A DNA stretch of 63,990 nucleotides, the filler included, from Octopus bimaculoides (taxonomy: Eukaryota): assembly GCF_001194135.2 (NCBI RefSeq). It is 10 parts of 10 records of this genome, joined end to end, with 100 filler letters (N's around TTAATTAATTAA, not from the genome) between each part and the next. Parts side by side here need not be neighbours in the genome. Positions count along the whole stretch, not along the records: positions 9,687 to 15,629 come from NW_026335436.1; positions 15,730 to 26,152 come from NC_068996.1; positions 26,253 to 29,527 come from NC_068987.1; 7 more parts are not named here. The stretch is one strand, 5' to 3'. The notes beneath the pieces were generated by a model. That model ran no database searches, was not told the DNA's origin, and was given only the letters and a program-made list of their open reading frames with translations. The stretch's first letter is position 1; each line of letters starts with the position of its first letter. Positions 14,031-26,289 of the stretch are shown one piece after another. The translations under genes were made by a program, and so were the position numbers.

Positions 14031-14582
14031 GCGTGGCATTGCTGTGGTTAAGAAATTTTACATCCGAAACCACATGGTTCCGGGTTCAGTCCTACTGTGT
14101 GGTATTTTGAGCAAGTACCTTCTACTATAACCCCAGGGCTGATCGAAGCTTTCTTAGTGACTCTGGTAAATGGATACTGCAAGAAGCATATTATGTGTTT
14201 GTGTGTGCGTGCACCTGTTTTCCCCCTACCCTGACAGCAGGTGTTGCTTTACGTCCCAATAACATAGCGGTTCGATAATGAAGCCCGATAGAGTAAGTAC
14301 CAAACTTGGTAAATTTTCAGATTAACACCCGCACGATTTTCACTGGGGTGTTAGGGTTAGGGAATTCCGTCCCTAACCCTGACCCTAAAACCGTAACCCT
14401 GACCCTAAAGCCCTAACCCTAACACCCTAGTGAAAATCGTGCGGGTATTAATCTGAAAATTTACCCTAAACCTTTTTTTAAAAAAGGACTGTAGTAGATT
14501 TGTTTGACTAGAAACCCATTCGAGGAGGTGCCCCAGCATGGGCCGCAATCAAACGACTGACACAAGTCAAAGATAAAAGATA
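14031..14582 (+). mobile_element. Degenerate composite SINE family 1 copy carrying a nested foldback insertion
   Basis: Head at about 14031-14190 and tail at about 14210-14582, interrupted at 14308-14465. Confidence 0.7.
14308..14465. mobile_element. 158-bp foldback element (MITE-like) with 55-bp arms ending in telomeric TTAGGG/CCCTAA repeats
   Basis: Left arm GGTAAATTTTCAGATTAACACCCGCACGATTTTCACTGGGGTGTTAGGGTTAGGG matches the reverse complement of the right arm with 2 mismatches. Confidence 0.75.
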
Positions 14583-14789
14583 TGCATTAAAAACAAAAAA
14601 AATTCACGGTGTAACAACAGCGGACAAAAACTGAGCTGGAGACAGCGATCGATAAGAAAGAGAGACACTGACAAGGGACATAACTCAATACTTACAAAGT
14701 TTGTGTTAGTCGAGAGTTAACTACCTTGGGTGTGTTTATAGAACACGAAAGTTGGTGTTAAGAAAGGTTTTTATCTTGCAAAATACATA

Positions 14790-15050
14790 GTGACTGTCAC
14801 TGCTGATACCATATGAGAAGCACCCAGTACACACTGTAAAGTGGTTGGTGTTAGGTAGGGCATCCAGCTGCAGAAACCATGCCAGAGGAGACCTTGTTAC
14901 TGCTGGTGTCATATAAACAGCACCCAATCTACTCTGTAATGTGGTTGGCCTTAGGAAGGGCATCCAGCTGTAGAAACCTTAACAAAACAGACCATGGAAC
15001 CTAGTGCAAACTCCAGCCTTGCCAGCATGGAAAGCGAATATTAAATGATA
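14790..15050 (+). mobile_element. Dispersed repeat family 3 (GGCATCCAGCTGTAGAAAC...GCCAGCATGGAAAGCG...(GAT)n), probably a LINE/SINE 3' end, with an internal duplication
   Basis: Motif appears twice here and again at 15385-15629 and 29685-29920. Confidence 0.65.
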
Positions 15051-15384
15051 ATGGTGGGGCCACAGATATATATAACAGGCAAAAATCACAGCTATTGATT
15101 GGGGGGGGGGGATAACAAAGAAAGGGCTAGTTACAGGAGAGGGTAACAGATAGGATCACATATTAATTAGGGATTAGTGGGTAACAGATGGGATTAGATA
15201 TTGGGGTTGGGTAACAGACAGGCAGATAGACAGACACACCATCAATATTGGATTTGGTGGGGGAGGCAAAAAAAAAAATCAAATTAATCCACCTGGTATT
15301 TTGGTGATACATTATTTAATTGAGGTCTTCCAGCTGTGACCATCCTCATGCATACATGCATACATACACTGAGTGTATATATCA

Positions 15385-15629
15385 TATAGTGACACGTAAA
15401 TAACACCATCTGAGCGTGGTTGATGCCAGTGCCACCTGACTGGCTCCCATGCTGGTGGCACGTAAGAAGCACCCACTACACTCTAGGAGTGGCTGGCATT
15501 AGGAACGGCATCCAGCTGTAGAAACCTTGCCAGATCAGATTGGAGCCTGGCGCGGCCTTCTAGCTTGCCAGTCCCCAGTCAAACCATCCAACCCATGCCA
15601 GCATAGAAAATGGACATTAAACGATGATA
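15385..15629 (+). mobile_element. Dispersed repeat family 3 copy
   Basis: CCACCTGACTGGCTCCC...GGCATCCAGCTGTAGAAAC...GCCAGCATAGAAAATGGACATTAAACGATGAT. Confidence 0.65.
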
Positions 15630-15729
15630 NNNNNNNNNNNNNNNNNNNNNNNNNNNNNNNNNNNNNNNNNNNNTTAATTAATTAANNNNNNNNNNNNNNN
15701 NNNNNNNNNNNNNNNNNNNNNNNNNNNNN

Positions 15730-15765
<36 letters not shown>

Positions 15766-16011
15766 CGCTTCAATCCACCCACACATCATATTCATGAACT
15801 AAATTCTGAATTAAATTAGAATTAGCTTTTTATTATATAATGAAATATAGCGTGTCTATTCTACACTGTGTGTGTGTGTGTGTACATAAACCTTAACTAA
15901 TGTTTATTGAAATCCATTGTTCACTTATACTGGCACCAGATACACAGACGCACTTATTAACAATGTTTCAAATTGAATTACTTTTATAATTGCATTTATT
16001 ACACCCATAGA

Positions 16012-16172
16012 CGCAAGCGTGGCTGTGCTGTAAAAATTTTACTTTCCAGCCGCATGGTTGCCGGTGCACTCACAATGCGTGGCACCTTGAGCATGTGTCA
16101 TCTGCTATAGCCCTGAGCTGACCAAAGCATCGTGGGTAGATTTGGTAGACAGAAACTGAAAGAAGCACATCG
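16012..16172 (+). mobile_element. SINE family 1 head
   Basis: Shared head motif ending CTGAAAGAAGCACATCG, followed by a microsatellite. Confidence 0.7.
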
Positions 16173-16184
16173 TGTGTGTGTATG

Positions 16185-16227
<43 letters not shown>

Positions 16228-17667
16228 CATTACGCTTCGTGCAAATTTATAATTCATCGCTCTCTAAAGCTATTATAACTGCGTTCCACCCATGCCACTA
16301 CTGGTGATATCATCAAATTTTGAATTTATCCACATATGNNNNNNNNNNNNNNNNNNNNNNNNNNNNNNNNNNNNNNNNNNNNNNNNNNNNNNNNNNNNNN
16401 NNNNNNNNNNNNNNNNNNNNNNNNNNNNNNNNNNNNNNNNNNNNNNNNNNNNNNNNNNNNNNNNNNNNNNNNNNNNNNNNNNNNNNNNNNNNNNNNNNNN
16501 NNNNNNNNNNNNNNNNNNNNNNNNNNNNNNNNNNNNNNNNNNNNNNNNNNNNNNNNNNNNNNNNNNNNNNNNNNNNNNNNNNNNNNNNNNNNNNNNNNNN
16601 NNNNNNNNNNNNNNNNNNNNNNNNNNNNNNNNNNNNNNNNNNNNNNNNNNNNNNNNNNNNNNNNNNNNNNNNNNNNNNNNNNNNNNNNNNNNNNNNNNNN
16701 NNNNNNNNNNNNNNNNNNNNNNNNNNNNNNNNNNNNNNNNNNNNNNNNNNNNNNNNNNNNNNNNNNNNNNNNNNNNNNNNNNNNNNNNNNNNNNNNNNNN
16801 NNNNNNNNNNNNNNNNNNNNNNNNNNNNNNNNNNNNNNNNNNNNNNNNNNNNNNNNNNNNNNNNNNNNNNNNNNNNNNNNNNNNNNNNNNNNNNNNNNNN
16901 NNNNNNNNNNNNNNNNNNNNNNNNNNNNNNNNNNNNNNNNNNNNNNNNNNNNNNNNNNNNNNNNNNNNNNNNNNNNNNNNNNNNNNNNNNNNNNNNNNNN
17001 NNNNNNNNNNNNNNNNNNNNNNNNNNNNNNNNNNNNNNNNNNNNNNNNNNNNNNNNNNNNNNNNNNNNNNNNNNNNNNNNNNNNNNNNNNNNNNNNNNNN
17101 NNNNNNNNNNNNNNNNNNNNNNNNNNNNNNNNNNNNNNNNNNNNNNNNNNNNNNNNNNNNNNNNNNNNNNNCCCCCCCCCCCAGTATCTCCAGCTACCCG
17201 TATGGCTTCTTCCAAGTGATTTGTATGTTTGTCTATCTACCTAGATTCTCTATAAAACTAATCTGAAAATAAAACAAGTTTTTATTGATGAGTCCGTGGG
17301 CGAAACAAAATTATTAACTGTTGGACTCATAATAATGGATTAAACGAGTCAACACTTGTAATTTGAATTCTTTATTTTAAGTAGCCTGACCATATTCTAT
17401 AAAATCGTCATCACCAGAAATACTCTAACATTCACTCAAGCACGCACCCCAACACACGTGCGCATTCACAGACGTACGCATTCACACATACGCATATGTA
17501 ATGTATATGCGCATGCTCGGCAGTGTGGCGCTTCCCCGTCCCACCACCAAACATAGCGTCAATTATGCGAACTTACCATGAATGTCATGATAATGTTACA
17601 TAACCCTGTCTTCCCTCGCAGCTGAAACTTTGGTAAAAACAGTGCACTGGCACTCACACACACACAA

Positions 17668-17698
<31 letters not shown>

Positions 17699-18802
17699 CA
17701 CACTCACACAGACGCACACATGCACACACATACACACGCGCGCGTAGGAGAAAGGATGGTGTATAAAAATATTAACAGAAAAAATTAAAGCAGAATATGA
17801 TTCTAAGAAATAAAGAGACGAAGAAAAGTTCATCTAAAATTTTCATTGGTGTTTCGTACAAAAATCATTGGTTTTTAGTGAGTAATCCTTCCTTACCTGA
17901 TGGTGACCTTTCAGTTGTTAGAAAACAAGAACTTAACATTTGATTGACAGTTGAACTTTAATGTAATACCGGTCTCTCTGCCTATGACCTTAAACCTCAC
18001 TGCACTTAGCATGGAATGAAGTCAATGTTATGTAGTTCCAAGAGTAATTTACATCAATTGCTACCGGATTCAAAACGAGGCTGAAACAGGCAGACAGGCA
18101 GGCAAGCAGGAATCCGTTGCATCCTTGTTAAGTAAAAATAAACAGAAAAATAAGATAAATTGAGAACAGCATTAAATGTACAGAATAATAGTCTTATAAC
18201 TATACGCACACATCACATGTTAAGTATGTGTATGCATGCATCTGTATTGTAAAATAGATAAATGGATGGAATGCATTAAAATGAACGAGACAGGCTATAT
18301 TAAATGTATAACATAATACAGTCCACCCCTCAGACACCTTCCCCCCACACACGTGTGTGTGTGTGTGTGTATGTGATGCATGTTCTTATTATATAGTTGG
18401 TGGGAGAAGCAAACAACGCCCCCCGCCCCAATTGTTGCATTCTCCAAAACATTGTTCTCTTCTTTTTTTTTCTAAAACAAAACAAAATGGGGTATTAAAC
18501 CTCTTCAATAATAATTGACGTAACCGTCTTTACAAATTGAGGCGCTGAGCCTCTTACCAAGAAGTACAAACGATATAGACAATGAAAATTGAGGCACTAA
18601 GGCCTCTTATCCTTTCTCCTCAAAGAAGGGCCGCAAAAGGAAGAAGGTGCTCACCGAAGGATCCTAGGGCTGAGGGAGGGGGTGGATCCCCCGGTTACGG
18701 AGGAAACCCACCCTTCTTCAGTAGGAAAGAAAAAAAAGAGGGAGAAAAAGATAAACGGGACATTGTCAGCAGTCGGTAACACAATAGCGGCATGTCCCGG
18801 AA

Positions 18803-18916
18803 CATCGTCCGTGGGAATTGTGCCACCGACGGGTGAAGAGCCATCGTCGGTGGGAATTGTGCCACCGACGGTGGAAGAGCCTTCGTCGGTGGGAATTGTG
18901 CCACCAACGGTGGAAG
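18803..18916 (+). repeat. 39-bp tandem repeat x3 in a GC-rich island; reads PSSVGIVPPTxEE in frame
   Basis: Units start at 18803, 18842 and 18881. Confidence 0.9.
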
Positions 18917-19537
18917 GAACAATCCCGCCCCCTGAAGACGAGGAATTACTTGTCTTCTTCTACAGGGGCGAGGAGGGGGGATGGTGGAGGAACTCGAAGA
19001 GAGAGTAGGTCTGGCCTGCATACGGGATCCAGAATAGCCTCCGCAGATAGGTGTGGAAGTTATAAGGTTCTCCTTGTTGCAAAAGCTGGAAAAACCGAAA
19101 GAGGGGTTTCGCTTATGGCCGGGTGGCCCTAATACCTCATACGCCACATTTTTTAATGTGGTATGGGAAATGGCAGGGTATGGGGTCATAAGTGATTTTG
19201 AATATAATGGACATGTTAACGGGTAAGAGGTTAAAAAGCCTTGTTAGTGTTAAATGGTAAGAGGTTTTGAAACCTCATCCTATTTTAAAGAAAATTGTTT
19301 TCGGGAAACAGCGATCGGCGGGCGCCGTTNNNNNNNNNNNNNNNNNNNNNNNNNNNNNNNNNNNNNNNNNNNNNNNNNNNNNNNNNNNNNNNNNNNNNNN
19401 NNNNNNNNNNNNNNNNNNNNNNNNNNNNNNNNNNNNNNNNNNNNNNNCCCATATACTTTTCATTCATCTCATTAATGTAAATGTCCAGCCCTCAGCTACA
19501 TCTATGTAATGCCCTTCTGGAAAATTATATGAATAAA

Positions 19538-19683
19538 AGTAGCTTGCTTGCCAACCGCATGGTTCCGGGTTCAGTCCCACTGCGTGGCACCTTGGGCAAG
19601 TGTCTACAACTATAGCCTCGGGCCGACCAAAGCCTTGTGACTGGATTTGGTAGACGGAAACTGAAAGAAGCCCGTCGTATTTA

Positions 19684-19722
<39 letters not shown>

Positions 19723-19950
19723 GTGTGTGTGTGTGTGCGTGTGTGCATTTATTTGTCTGTGTTTGTCTCCTCACCATCGCTTGACAACGGATGTTGGTGT
19801 GTTTACATCCCCGTAACATGGCGGTTCGGCAAAAGAATAAGTACTAGGCTTACAAAGAATAAGTCCTGGGTTCGATTTTTTCGAATAAAAGCGGTGCTCC
19901 AGCATGGCCGCAGTCAAATGACTGAAACAAGTAAAAGAGAAAACAATAAA
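19538..19950 (+). mobile_element. Composite SINE family 1 (tRNA-like head, microsatellite, conserved tail)
   Basis: Head ...GGTTCCGGGTTCAGTCCCACTGCGTGGCACC...CTGAAAGAAGCCCGTCG, then (TG)n, then tail CCATCGCTTGACAAC...GCGGTGCTCCAGCATGGCCGCAGTC...GTAAAAGAG. Many copies in the window. Confidence 0.85.
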
Positions 19951-20319
19951 AAAGAGTATATGTATGCATGTATATATGTATTATGAATGTATGTATAAAT
20001 GTCTATGTATGTATTATGTATACATGTACGTATGTATGTATGTCTATGTATATATGTTTGTGTGTATGTATGAATGTTTATATATCTATATATCTATGTA
20101 TGTTTTTCTCTTTCTGTTTTTAATTTAGTGTAAATTTTGACCGGTCACCGACTTGGTAACAAGACTGTGAAGGAAAGTATCAAGATGTGACCATCATTCA
20201 TTAAATCTTAAGAAGGTCTTGCAGATGTTTACTCTCCCAGATATCATGATCATTTGTAGCATATGAATTAAAGACTTGCATTCTCTTCTCAAGATGCCAA
20301 GTTCAGCCATACTTTTCTC

Positions 20320-20364
20320 CGTATGTATGTATGTATGTATGTATGTATGTATGTATGTATGCAC

Positions 20365-20400
<36 letters not shown>

Positions 20401-20768
20401 TGTATGTATGTATGTGTGAATGTGTGTATGTATGTATGTATGTACGTACGTACGTACGTATGTATGTATGTATGAATGGATGGATGTACATAAGTATGTA
20501 TGTTTGTATGCACGTATGAATGGATGGATGTATATAAGTATGTATGTATGTATGTGTGAATGTGTGTATGTATGTATGTATGTGTGTATGTATGTACGTA
20601 CGTACGTATGTATGTATGTACGTACGTACGTATGTATGTATGTATGTATGTATGTATGTATGTATGTATAAATGGATGGATGTACATAAGTATGTATGTA
20701 TGTATGTATGTATGTATGTATGTATGTATGTATGAATGGATGGATGTATATAAGTATGTATGTATGTA
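20320..20768. repeat. (TATG)n compound microsatellite
   Basis: Seen directly. Confidence 0.95.
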
Positions 20769-21215
20769 AACTCTGACCAGAAAAATTTCCTACTTAAGTT
20801 AGTTATTCTGTACACTCAGTTGATATCGAATGAATGAACAGCGAAGTCATTGCCAGCTAGATTTTAAACTGGAAACTGTAATGGTAACGACTCAGAAAAT
20901 AAAATAAAAACAATGAAAAAGAAACGTCTATAACATACAATACGCAAGAAAACTGCAATTATAAAAGCTATCATAAACAGCTGACTGATTTAGTTTGAGT
21001 GCTTGGCAAGAACTTTTCAAATATATTAGGAGAAAAACTCTTTACCTATATTTGTATTTGTTGAAAAACATTGCAATGCTAGACACAATATGTACGCGAT
21101 TCTTGGCTGAAAATAAAATCCTCTATTCCCACACCATCAGCAATCTCGAGTGGAAGAGTCCAATTTTGCTACAAAACAGCCCAATCTTACTCCTTCACAA
21201 ATCCACGTTCAACCA

Positions 21216-21296
<81 letters not shown>

Positions 21297-21380
21297 GTCT
21301 GTCCATCTATCTATCCGTCTGTCTGTTTGTATTATGTATGTATGTCTGTATGTATATAACCATCTAGCAATCTATCTATA

Positions 21381-21436
<56 letters not shown>

Positions 21437-22969
21437 AGTCTATCTATCTATTTATCTATCTATCTATCTCTTTATATATATATATATATATATANNNNNN
21501 NNNNNNNNNNNNNNNNNNNNNNNNNNNNNNNNNNNNNNNNNNNNNNNNNNNNNNNNNNNNNNNNNNNNNNNNNNNNNNNNNNNNNNNNNNNNNNNNNNNN
21601 NNNNNNNNNNNNNNNNNNNNNNNNNNNNNNNNNNNNNNNNNNNNNNNNNNNNNNNNNNNNNNNNNNNNNNNNNNNNNNNNNNNNNNNNNNNNNNNNNNNN
21701 NNNNNNNNNNNNNNNNNNNNNNNNNNNNNNNNNNNNNNNNNNNNNNNNNNNNNNNNNNNNNNNNNNNNNNNNNNNNNNNNNNNNNNNNNNNNNNNNNNNN
21801 NNNNNNNNNNNNNNNNNNNNNNNNNNNNNNNATAACGTTCATATGGTTGTATGTGTGAATGTTCTTCCACATTTTTTTTATTTTTCAGTAACACACAACC
21901 TATACAATTTAATTATATAGGTTGAAAATAGGAAGCGTTATAAAGATATTCATTGTATTTCGGTTTTGCTCTTTTTTTTTTTTTTACCATTATTCTGCTT
22001 TCTATATTCCACAAAGTTCTCTCTATTTTCATCTACCACCCCAATTTTTTTTTTTTTCACACTTTAAATTTTTCGCCTCATCGCTTTCTTTCCCATAAAT
22101 AATTTTACTTCTCTTTCCTTTGCATCAAATAGCCAGTCTTTATTACACAGTTACTATTGTATTTTTATATACCCTTCACTGTATGTCTATATAAGACTTT
22201 CTCTATACTTGTGCACAGTGGTTTTATATCAATCTGTCATCTGGCAAGTTTCTGGCAAGTGAGAGTTGAACTCTAGCCTGACTCAGTACCGAAAGTCTTT
22301 TATCCGTCCATGTTTATTATCATTTCATTCACGTCACATGATTCTCTTCAGAATAACCTGGCTAATTTCTGCATTCCATTTCAGTCTCTTGACATTCGAT
22401 TTCCAATAGAAGTTTTGTAAAGTCTAATCCGCTTTTTTTCACTTCCAAACGTACATCCTACCTCCACTGTGTTAGATACTAAAATAAGTCAAATGTAATA
22501 GTAGTTGTGCGTAACAACATTGAGAGAAGGCTTGGTGTTGGACGGACAAGCATAATTCATGGGTTCAAATCCGTGAGCGGGTGGCACGATTTGTCTTTCA
22601 GCATGACGCTTAATAATATCGTTGTTCCAGTGTAGCCAACTAAAAGTGAGAACCATCCATAAACTGGTACAACCGTCTCTCCCACCAGGTAGAGAGGGCT
22701 CTACCAGTTCTTGGGTCAGTGGTTCATATGAACCTTGAGGTCCACATAAGATTTTGTTGCTAAAATTTATTTGCAATAAATTTGTTATACTCTAACAAGG
22801 CTGCAATCAAATAACAAACAAATAAAAGAATAACAAAATATTTTATCAGTTTTTTAATATAATTTTTTAATAATATTTAATTATAAAAATATAATAGGAT
22901 TTTTTAAACATTGAACAGCTATGTGGGTTCGCTGCATAAAATAGGGATCAAAGGGCAAAAAATGGTTGA

Positions 22970-23380
22970 GGCACAGGAGTGGCTGTCTGGTAAGTAGCTC
23001 ACTTACCAACCACATGGTTCTGGGTTCATTCCCACTGCGTGGCACCTTGGGCAAGTGTCTTCAACTATAGCCTCGGGCCGACCAAAGCCTTGTGAGTGGA
23101 TTTGGTAGACGGAAACTGAAAGAAGCCCGTCATATATATGTATATATATATATATATATGTGTGTTTGTGCATCTGTGTTTGTCCCCACCAACATCGCTT
23201 GACAACCGATGGTGGTGTGTTTACGTCCCTGTAACTTAGCGGTTCGGCAAAAAGAGACCGATAGAATAAGTACTAGGCTTCCAAAGAATAAGTCCTGGAG
23301 ATCGATTTGCTCGACTAAAGGCGGTGCTCCATCATGGCCGCAGTCAAATAACTGAAACAAGTAAAAGAGTAAAAGAGTAA
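22970..23380 (+). mobile_element. Composite SINE family 1 copy
   Basis: Same head-(TA/TG)n-tail structure as 19538-19950. Confidence 0.85.
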
Positions 23381-23840
23381 ACACTGTGTTGAGTGTTTTG
23401 CAAGGTCAAAGAGATAGGAGGCTGAGAGTTTGTCTGTCTGCTTCGCTAAAACAATTAGCGAAGGTATGGTACACGACACTTATTTATGGATGCTTGTGAG
23501 CGATGGCTGGAGTTGATTCGTATAACAACCTTAATGTGTGAATATATGGTATATTCAGGGCTCTGAGTTAGAAGTGTATGGCACAAGTCATCCATGACAA
23601 AATCAGAGATTTGTGTAGAAAAAAATTTAGAGTCGCGAGTTGAAGAACTGGTATAGTGTATGAGAAAATGGTTTCGTAAATGGAAGAATTTGTACAAAAT
23701 AAGTTTTGGGATAGCGGGTTTAGTACAATATCACAGAAAATTTATTGCAAGATTTGTATTCATTATTGATTTGTAGGCACGTGGTTTACATACCAGCTCC
23801 AGGAATGCGTCTAATATGTAAATTGGTATATCCAATGAGT

Positions 23841-24198
23841 GGAGGCGCAATGGCCCAGTGGTTAGGGCAGCGGACTCGCAGTCATAGGATCGGGGTTTCG
23901 CTTCCCAGACCGGGCGTTGTGAGTGCTTATTGAGCAAAAACACCTAAAGCTCCATGAGGCTCCGGCAAGGGATAGTGGCGAACCCTGCTGTACTCTTTCA
24001 CCACAACTTTCTCTCACTCTTACTTCCTGTTTCTGTTGTGCCTCTAATTCAAAGGGTCAGCCTTGTCACACTGTGTCACGCTGAATATCCCCGAGAACTA
24101 CGTTAAGGGTACACGTGGCTGTGGAGTGCTCAGCCACTTGCACGTTAATTTCACGAGCAGAACCCTCGACGTCGTAAGCGAGGGAGTGCCAACAACAT
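23841..24198 (+). mobile_element. Full-length tRNA-derived SINE
   Basis: A box TGGCCCAGTGG and B-box-like GGTTTCGCTTCC, body, and CAACAACA tail. The same head recurs inverted at 32776-32807. Confidence 0.75.
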
Positions 24199-24649
24199 AT
24201 CCAATAGCTTAAAACCGTTGTATAGGGTGGCTATATAAGCAATGTGTTCAGAAACGAGAATGGGTTAGGTGGGTCCTGATGAAGAGGTAACAACCCCCGA
24301 AATATGTATATACACGCATTACCCATTTTTGTCTTCGATCTCATTGTCTGTTTACATCTGACGTCTCGATACGAAACGTTGTAACAAAAATCAGTGCTGG
24401 CTATAATTTATATTGAATATTTGTGGAAATAACCTTAACAAAATAATTGATTGCATTCATTTACGTTCTAAATTAAAATATCAACAACTCTACCAGGAGA
24501 GGACGGGGGATGATATAATCGAATAAACTCAGTTCTAAATAATATAATCATTTAATCAAAGGCGGCAAGCTGGTAGAAACGTTAGCACGCCGGGCGAAAT
24601 GCTTAGCGGTATTTCGTCTGTGTGACACCGGTTGAAATGCTTAGCGGTG

Positions 24650-26152
24650 TAGCGACTCCGTGAGATTGGATTGTTACTAGTTATTTGAGTGCGTCTGTAC
24701 AGTAAGTGCAAGTTTCCATTGACTGTTTTTGTGTGTTCTTGTCATAACTATTGTGTGATAGTCTTCGTTTGAAAACTATCGTGTGTTTCCCCTATGGGGG
24801 AAACAGTAATTGCTGGCAAGATGCCGAATAATGTATCTTCGTCTGGTGAAGAGGNNNNNNNNNNNNNNNNNNNNNNNNNNNNNNNNNNNNNNNNNNNNNN
24901 NNNNNNNNNNNNNNNNNNNNNNNNNNNNNNNNNNNNNNNNNNNNNNNNNNNNNNNNNNNNNNNNNNNNNNNNNNNNNNNNNNNNNNNNNNNNNNNNNNNN
25001 NNNNNNNNNNNNNNNNNNNNNNNNNNNNNNNNNNNNNNNNNNNNNNNNNNNNNNNNNNNNNNNNNNNNNNNNNNNNNNNNNNNNNNNNNNNNNNNNNNNN
25101 NNNNNNNNNNNNNNNNNNNNNNNNNNNNNNNNNNNNNNNNNNNNNNNNNNNNNNNNNNNNNNNNNNNNNNNNNNNNNNNNNNNNNNNNNNNNNNNNNNNN
25201 NNNNNNNNNNNNNNNNNNNNNNNNNNNNNNNNNNNNNNNNNNNNNNNNNNNNNNNNNNNNNNNNNNNNNNNNNNNNNNNNNNNNNNNNNNNNNNNNNNNN
25301 NNNNNNNNNNNNNNNNNNNNNNNNNNNNNNNNNNNNNNNNNNNNNNNNNNNNNNNNNNNNNNNNNNNNNNNNNNNNNNNNNNNNNNNNNNNNNNNNNNNN
25401 NNNNNNNNNNNNNNNNNNNNNNNNNNNNNNNNNNNNNNNNNNNNNNNNAGAAAGAATTGAACAAGGTCTAAAGCCCATTTGGCAGGACATTACGTATCTA
25501 GCAAGAGGCAAAAAATTCGGTACCATTGAGATACATTTTAAAAACATTGAAACTGCACAAGTGCACTCTGTAAAATCCTTGGAAACCGAGGATATAATTT
25601 TGATACCGATTTACATGGGGATGAGGACATCCAATGTAAAAATAACAAAGGTCCCACCTCAAATTGACCCAATGTGGTTGATGGCAGCGGTCCTGGCAAA
25701 GAAGGTAGATGAGGTAAATATACTTCAAGCTATCGTCACTGAAAAACCATATTGGATAGGCCACACAGTCCACTTATTAATTCAAGGAGAACAGGCTGTA
25801 ATTGAACAACTTCCAGAAAAAATAGAAGTTGGGGAGGAGTTGTTCCTCAACGTTTTTGTCGAGGGTCGAAAGCCCTCGTGTTTTTTGTGCGGCAAATTAG
25901 GCCACATTCGAAGGAACTGCATGGAAAATAAGGAAGACGAGGAAGAGGAGAAAGAAGAGGAAGAAGAAGAAAAAGAAGAAAAAGACGAGAAGAAAACAAC
26001 AAACGTAAGAAAATACAATCAGCAGCTCAACCGAGAGTGGCGACTACTATAGAACAACGACCAACAAAAGCAGCAAAAAGAAACCGACCACAAATAACAA
26101 GGAAAGAAGTGGAGGACAGAGGGATAGTAGCACTTCACAGCAAAAATGTTGA
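24650..26152 (+). mobile_element. L1/Tx1-like LINE 5' end with ORF1 (gag-like, CCHC zinc knuckle), interrupted by an assembly gap
   Basis: ATG at 24794 (MGETVIAGK...), gap, then an open frame 25450-26052 (IEQGLKPIWQDITYLARGKKFGTIEIHF...GRKPSCFLCGKLGHIRRNC) with a CX2CX4HX4C knuckle and an acidic tail. Confidence 0.75.
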
Positions 26153-26252
26153 NNNNNNNNNNNNNNNNNNNNNNNNNNNNNNNNNNNNNNNNNNNNTTAA
26201 TTAATTAANNNNNNNNNNNNNNNNNNNNNNNNNNNNNNNNNNNNNNNNNNNN

Positions 26253-26289
<37 letters not shown>

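Noticed and set aside
23841-23915. tRNA gene candidate
   Set aside because: Has A/B-box-like motifs but no complete cloverleaf and continues into a SINE body; treated as a SINE head.
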